NCBI GenBank assembly: GCA_964493715.1
Contig: CAZBPC010000004.1
Location: 40,563 to 104,562 of the forward strand
From: an uncultured archaeon
Lineage (GTDB): Archaea > Asgardarchaeota > Lokiarchaeia > Sigyniarchaeales > SOKP01
DNA length: 64,000 nucleotides
Reading direction: 5' to 3'
Every line of letters begins with the position of its first letter. The first letter of the stretch is position 1. This document shows, one piece after another, positions 59,660 through 64,000 of this stretch. Under the pieces are notes generated by a model. The model ran no database searches. It was not told the origin of the DNA and was given only the letters and a program-made list of their open reading frames with translations. Both the position numbers and the translations under genes were made by a program.

Positions 59660-60153
59660 TGACAGAAAATTTCCAGAACCATCAAATTCGCGATCGAATT
59701 AAAATAGAATATCGCTATACAATGGGAGGTCAATCTAAATTCTTTATCGAAATAATGAAAAATAAAAAGCTATTCGGCACGAAATGTGCCAAATGCGGAA
59801 AGACTTGGATGCCTCCAAGGATTAATTGTTCTGATTGTTATAAGCCTGCAGAATGGGTAGAACTTAAACAGACTGGAACGATACAAGTAAGCACGATCGT
59901 GTGGTATACGACCTCAGCTTTCATCAAAGCGATACCTTATGGGATCGGATTTATCAAATTAGACGGCGCTGAAACGGCATTATTTCAAGGGATATTTTCA
60001 GAAAATCTTGTCCCTTCTAAAATTAAAAAGGGGAAAAGAGTCAAGGCCGTGTTTAATAAGGAAAGAGAAGGTAAGATGACAGATTTCTTCTTTGTTCCAG
60101 AGGATGAGTATGAAAATTGGATATCCCAACCTGAATTCGAAGGAGGAGTATAA
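59659..60153 (+). CDS. DUF35 Zn-ribbon/OB-fold thiolase partner
   Basis: KCAKCG...PPR.NCSDC; TAATG overlap with the thiolase stop. Confidence 0.9.
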   Translation: MTENFQNHQIRDRIKIEYRYTMGGQSKFFIEIMKNKKLFGTKCAKCGKTWMPPRINCSDCYKPAEWVELKQTGTIQVSTIVWYTTSAFIKAIPYGIGFIKLDGAETALFQGIFSENLVPSKIKKGKRVKAVFNKEREGKMTDFFFVPEDEYENWISQPEFEGGV

Positions 60154-60155
60154 AA

Positions 60156-60527
60156 ATGGGACAAGCAAAAGAAAACTTGATAAAAATCATTGAGAAAATA
60201 AACGAAAACCCAAAAGCTCAAGCCGTATTTGTAACAAATATTGCAGGGAAAGATGTCTATTGGGAGATGTCATTCCAGTTTAATTTAAATAAGGACAAAC
60301 CCTTCTATTTGGAGATTAAAAACCAAAAAGTCTTCTTAACGGAAGGAACTAAAACTAAGGCTGATATTGTAATATCTGGTGACCCTAATGCAATCGTGAG
60401 AATTTGCGAAGGAAAAGGTGATTTCACTCACGCGATATCACGAGAGCAAATAATTGTAAATAAAGGACAGGTAATGGATGTCATCCGGCTTACAAGAGCA
60501 ATTGCCGTTGTTTTACACGCAAAATGA
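60156..60527 (+). CDS. SCP2 sterol/lipid-binding domain protein
   Basis: FQFNL....FYLEIKN.....EG....ADIVI......I..G..D...A......V..G. Confidence 0.75.
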   Translation: MGQAKENLIKIIEKINENPKAQAVFVTNIAGKDVYWEMSFQFNLNKDKPFYLEIKNQKVFLTEGTKTKADIVISGDPNAIVRICEGKGDFTHAISREQIIVNKGQVMDVIRLTRAIAVVLHAK

Positions 60528-60709
60528 TATACTTTTATTTTTTCATTTTTTATCAATCTCTTTTTAGATATCTATCGTAATTCTTGATGTTCTCTTTTTA
60601 ATAGTAGAAGATAGAAAATTTTATAAATTAACACGTCAAATACTTCAACATCATAATCAAACAAAAAAAAGCTCTTTAGATTAATATTAAAAATTGAGGT
60701 ATTTAAAGA

Positions 60710-61513
60710 ATGAGAAAACAAGCGGCTATAATTGGAATGATTTTATGTTTAGGTGGGGGTTTAGCTATAGGGTGGTTTATCCCCTCATTATTTCCCACCC
60801 CAACACGAGTAGCTGTAATAGATACTATTCAATCACGTGGAACTTTTATTGTTGGTACTAGTGCTGATTATCCTCCATTTGAAGATTTTTATACAAATAA
60901 TGATACATATTATGGTTTTGATGTTGATATTGCAGATTTAATAGCAGCAGAAATGGGTGTTACAGTAGTATGGGTTGATATGGATTTTGATTCGTTAATA
61001 GGAGCATGTACCGCAGGATCTATTGATATGATTGCTGCTGCAATGACTTACAACGAAGTTAGAGCTGAAAAACTCGCAGCTTCAACTACTTATGTAACAG
61101 TAGCTCAAGCTGTAATTGTTAAAAACAGTTCAAGCATGGCTATAACTGCTTTAGATAATTTAACAATTGCAGCAAATCAATTGATCGGAGTTCAAGCAGG
61201 TACTGTAATGCAGGCTGATTTAGAAGCACTTGGAATGGTTGCAGGCGTGAATTTCACTACATATCCTCGAGCTGATGCACTTATGTTAGCTTTAGATGGA
61301 GGTGCAATTGAAGCAGCTTATGTAGATGAACCAATTTATGAGGCATTTAAAACTACATATGAGATTAAGGTAATCTTTAGCACGGACCCAGAACCATTGG
61401 CACTTTGGACGCGATATAGTGAACCAGAATTGTTATACGTGATGAATAAAGTCATCCTTGAAGGTTATCAAGATGGCACAATACAAGATCTTATAATAAC
61501 GTGGTTTGGATGA
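60710..61513 (+). CDS. Polar amino-acid ABC transporter substrate-binding protein
   Basis: N-terminal TM anchor; VGTSADYPPFE, GFDVD, IGVQAGT. Confidence 0.92.
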   Translation: MRKQAAIIGMILCLGGGLAIGWFIPSLFPTPTRVAVIDTIQSRGTFIVGTSADYPPFEDFYTNNDTYYGFDVDIADLIAAEMGVTVVWVDMDFDSLIGACTAGSIDMIAAAMTYNEVRAEKLAASTTYVTVAQAVIVKNSSSMAITALDNLTIAANQLIGVQAGTVMQADLEALGMVAGVNFTTYPRADALMLALDGGAIEAAYVDEPIYEAFKTTYEIKVIFSTDPEPLALWTRYSEPELLYVMNKVILEGYQDGTIQDLIITWFG

Positions 61514-62196
61514 GTGAACTACCAGACCTTCCTTCTATTTTTTTTTATATTTTAGTCACTGGATTACCTACAACACTGATTCTTACAGTATTAGCATTAG
61601 GATTTGGATTTTTGTTGGGAATGGTATTAGCCATAATGCGAGTATATGGTGAGAGAGAACTCGCTTGGATAGGAAGTGCTTATGAAAAACTTATGCGTGG
61701 AATACCGGTATTAGTATTAATATTTATTTTTGCTTATGGCATTCCAGAAATTTTTTGGTATCTTGATTCCTTATATAGACAAGTAGCTAGTATAATTCTC
61801 GCACTTTCTCTTCGTAGTGCTGCTTATCAATCCCAGATCTTTCGAGGGGCGATTTTGTCTGTTAATCCTGGACAAATGCTGGCTGCTCGTGCTATTGGAA
61901 TGAAACAAATTCAAGCTTTTAGACACATCGTTCTACCGCAAGCCATAAGATTGGCAGTTCCTGCTTGGACAAATGAATATTCGGTGGTCATAAAAGACAC
62001 ATCGTTTGCATATTCATTTGGAGTTATTGAATTAACAAAAGCAGCTTATCGAGTTTCAGTAAATTTTCCAATTTTATGGGCTCCAACAATGTTGATTGCA
62101 GCAATATTATATTTTTTAGTCACATATCCAGTTACAAGAATATTTGGGAAGAAACAAAATAAAAGATTAAAAGAATTAGGAATCGGTGGAAAATAA
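61510..62196 (+). CDS. Amino-acid ABC transporter permease
   Basis: RGIPVLV, SAAYQSQIFRG..SV..GQ..AA..IG, IKDTS; ATGA overlap with the upstream stop. Confidence 0.92.
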   Translation: MSELPDLPSIFFYILVTGLPTTLILTVLALGFGFLLGMVLAIMRVYGERELAWIGSAYEKLMRGIPVLVLIFIFAYGIPEIFWYLDSLYRQVASIILALSLRSAAYQSQIFRGAILSVNPGQMLAARAIGMKQIQAFRHIVLPQAIRLAVPAWTNEYSVVIKDTSFAYSFGVIELTKAAYRVSVNFPILWAPTMLIAAILYFLVTYPVTRIFGKKQNKRLKELGIGGK

Positions 62197-62198
62197 AT

Positions 62199-62969
62199 AT
62201 GAATAAACCTGTGTTGCGTGTATTGGATGTATGGAAGTCCTATGGTGAATTAGAAGTACTCAAGGGAATATCTTTTGATGTTGAAGAAAGAGAAGTTAAG
62301 GTAATATTTGGACCAAGTGGTTCAGGAAAAAGCACCTTACTAAGATGCATTAATTTATTAGATCCTCCAGATAAAGGATTAATCTATCTTCGAGGAGAAA
62401 ATCTGACAGTTCCAGGGGTCGATCTTAATATGATGAGAACCCGAATAGGGATGGTATTCCAACAGTTTAATTTATTTTCTCATCTTAAAGCAATAGATAA
62501 TGTTAGCATTGCTCTCCAGCGAGTGAAGGGCTTTACAAAAGAAGAAGCAAGAAAGAAAGCTTATGATGCCTTGGAACGAGTAAAAATGTCAAATTGGGCA
62601 GATCATTATCCTGCACAATTATCTGGTGGACAACAACAACGAGTTGGGATTGCTCGCGCTTTAGCAATGGAACCTGATGTTGTTTTATTTGATGAACCTA
62701 CATCTGCTTTGGATCCTGAATTAATAGGGGAAGTACTTCAAGTTATGCTCGATATAGCGAAATCTGGCACAACTATGATTGTCGTCACCCATGAAATGGG
62801 GTTTGCAAGAGCAGTCGCTTCAGAAATGATTTTTATTGATGACGGGGTCATTTCTGAACGTGGAACTCCAGACCATTTCTTTAAATCACCAGAATCAGAA
62901 AGAGTAAAGAATTTTCTCCATAAACTTGATATTTTATATGGAGGATATGAAAAACTACTAAAAGAATAA
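62199..62969 (+). CDS. Amino-acid ABC transporter ATP-binding protein (GlnQ-like)
   Basis: GPSGSGKST, LSGGQQQR, FDEPTSALDPE, VTHEM. Confidence 0.95.
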   Translation: MNKPVLRVLDVWKSYGELEVLKGISFDVEEREVKVIFGPSGSGKSTLLRCINLLDPPDKGLIYLRGENLTVPGVDLNMMRTRIGMVFQQFNLFSHLKAIDNVSIALQRVKGFTKEEARKKAYDALERVKMSNWADHYPAQLSGGQQQRVGIARALAMEPDVVLFDEPTSALDPELIGEVLQVMLDIAKSGTTMIVVTHEMGFARAVASEMIFIDDGVISERGTPDHFFKSPESERVKNFLHKLDILYGGYEKLLKE

Positions 62970-62981
62970 AGGAGAATAAAA

Positions 62982-63761
62982 TTGATAAATCAAGGTTCCC
63001 AAGGACTCATTCTAGATTTTTTAAACGTTCTTGAATATTGGGATCATATACTAGCAGGATTTTTATCTACCATGTGGTTGTATATTTGGGCTTTGGTTTT
63101 GGGGTTTATTCTCGGACTATTCTTAGCTTTACTCCGTCAATATGGTGGAAGAATACTTTCTCGTATTTCTTCAGCCTATATTGAAGTAATAAGAGGAACA
63201 CCTCTCTTAGTTCAACTTTTTCTCATATATTTTGCTCCATATAGTATAAATGCTCTTTTGAAAGCAGAAAATATTCCTACAATTCCAATCGGAGGTTGGA
63301 ATTTTTATGTAATACTGCGATTATGGGATAAAAATGTAGTCTTTATTTTTCTCAATCATCAAGTACTTATCGGTATACTCGTTTTAGGACTTAATAGTGC
63401 AGCTTATCAAGCAGAGTATTTTCGTGGATCTTTGATGTCTGTAGGATCAGGACAATTACTAGCGGCTCAATCTTTAGGTTTTTCTAAAATAGGAGGGATT
63501 AGACATATTGTATTACCACAAGCTCTGAGAAGGGTTATTCCCGCATGGTCCAATGAAGCAGTATATCTCCCGAAGTATACTGTAGTTGTTTTTTATATTG
63601 GTGTTGTAGAACTATTCGCTCAAGCGCATTATATAGTAACCGAAACTTTTCTAAGTCTTCCTACTTACTTAATTATTGCGGTTGTTTTTCTAATCACTAT
63701 TACGATAATATCAAAAGGATTGGACGTTCTATATTCTCGAAAAAGAATTCCCGGTTTATGA
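62982..63761 (+). CDS. Amino-acid ABC transporter permease (second)
   Basis: RGTPLLVQL, NSAAYQAEYFRG, IVLPQA. Confidence 0.92.
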   Translation: MINQGSQGLILDFLNVLEYWDHILAGFLSTMWLYIWALVLGFILGLFLALLRQYGGRILSRISSAYIEVIRGTPLLVQLFLIYFAPYSINALLKAENIPTIPIGGWNFYVILRLWDKNVVFIFLNHQVLIGILVLGLNSAAYQAEYFRGSLMSVGSGQLLAAQSLGFSKIGGIRHIVLPQALRRVIPAWSNEAVYLPKYTVVVFYIGVVELFAQAHYIVTETFLSLPTYLIIAVVFLITITIISKGLDVLYSRKRIPGL

Positions 63762-64000
63762 ATAAATCTTTTTTTCCATCTTAATTTTTAATTACTTTTT
63801 GTAATATTTTATCTATTTTTAATATTGAAAAATAATAACTATAAAAGTAATAAATGACTGGATCACAAAAATTTCTGAATTCTATAAAAACACATATATT
63901 TTGGCTTTTTTCTTGCATATTCTCCTTTTTCTCTAAAAAAATATACTAACTATAAAAATAATGAACGAGTAATTAAATATTAAAAACTCAAATTTGAATT

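Noticed and set aside
1-64000. CRISPR array, rRNA or IS element
   Set aside because: No regularly spaced repeats, rRNA-like GC-rich tracts or transposase motifs were seen by eye.

Overview
AT-rich archaeal chromosomal segment, most consistent with an Asgard archaeon of the Lokiarchaeia/Promethearchaeia type. This is an inference from Alba, a PolB1-type polymerase, archaeal ACS/CODH subunits, a BHB-intron tRNA, LRR/TIR and PAS-kinase genes, and many acyl-CoA genes. Most of the window is housekeeping and metabolic: dapL, tldD/tldE, polB, a tetraether synthase-like radical SAM enzyme, pncB, cdhB/cdhC with CooT, HPS, lipid catabolism and a polar amino-acid ABC transporter. The most unusual items are: (1) a 3010-aa protein made almost entirely of repeated transmembrane hairpins, with a strongly structured non-coding element in the adjacent intergenic region; (2) a soluble LRR-TIR-coiled-coil protein converging on an orphan methyltransferase-TRD fusion; (3) tRNA-Thr(UGU) with a non-canonical 30/31 intron; (4) a PAS histidine kinase split by one in-frame TAA, inside a 1.9-kb segment bounded by an exact 23-bp direct repeat; (5) a Cys-less thiolase/DUF35/SCP2 operon; (6) a small acidic protein ending in a HbYX-like motif; (7) a HeH-SWIM-OB orphan. 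No CRISPR array, rRNA or transposase was seen. All calls come from reading motifs by eye; no searches were run.
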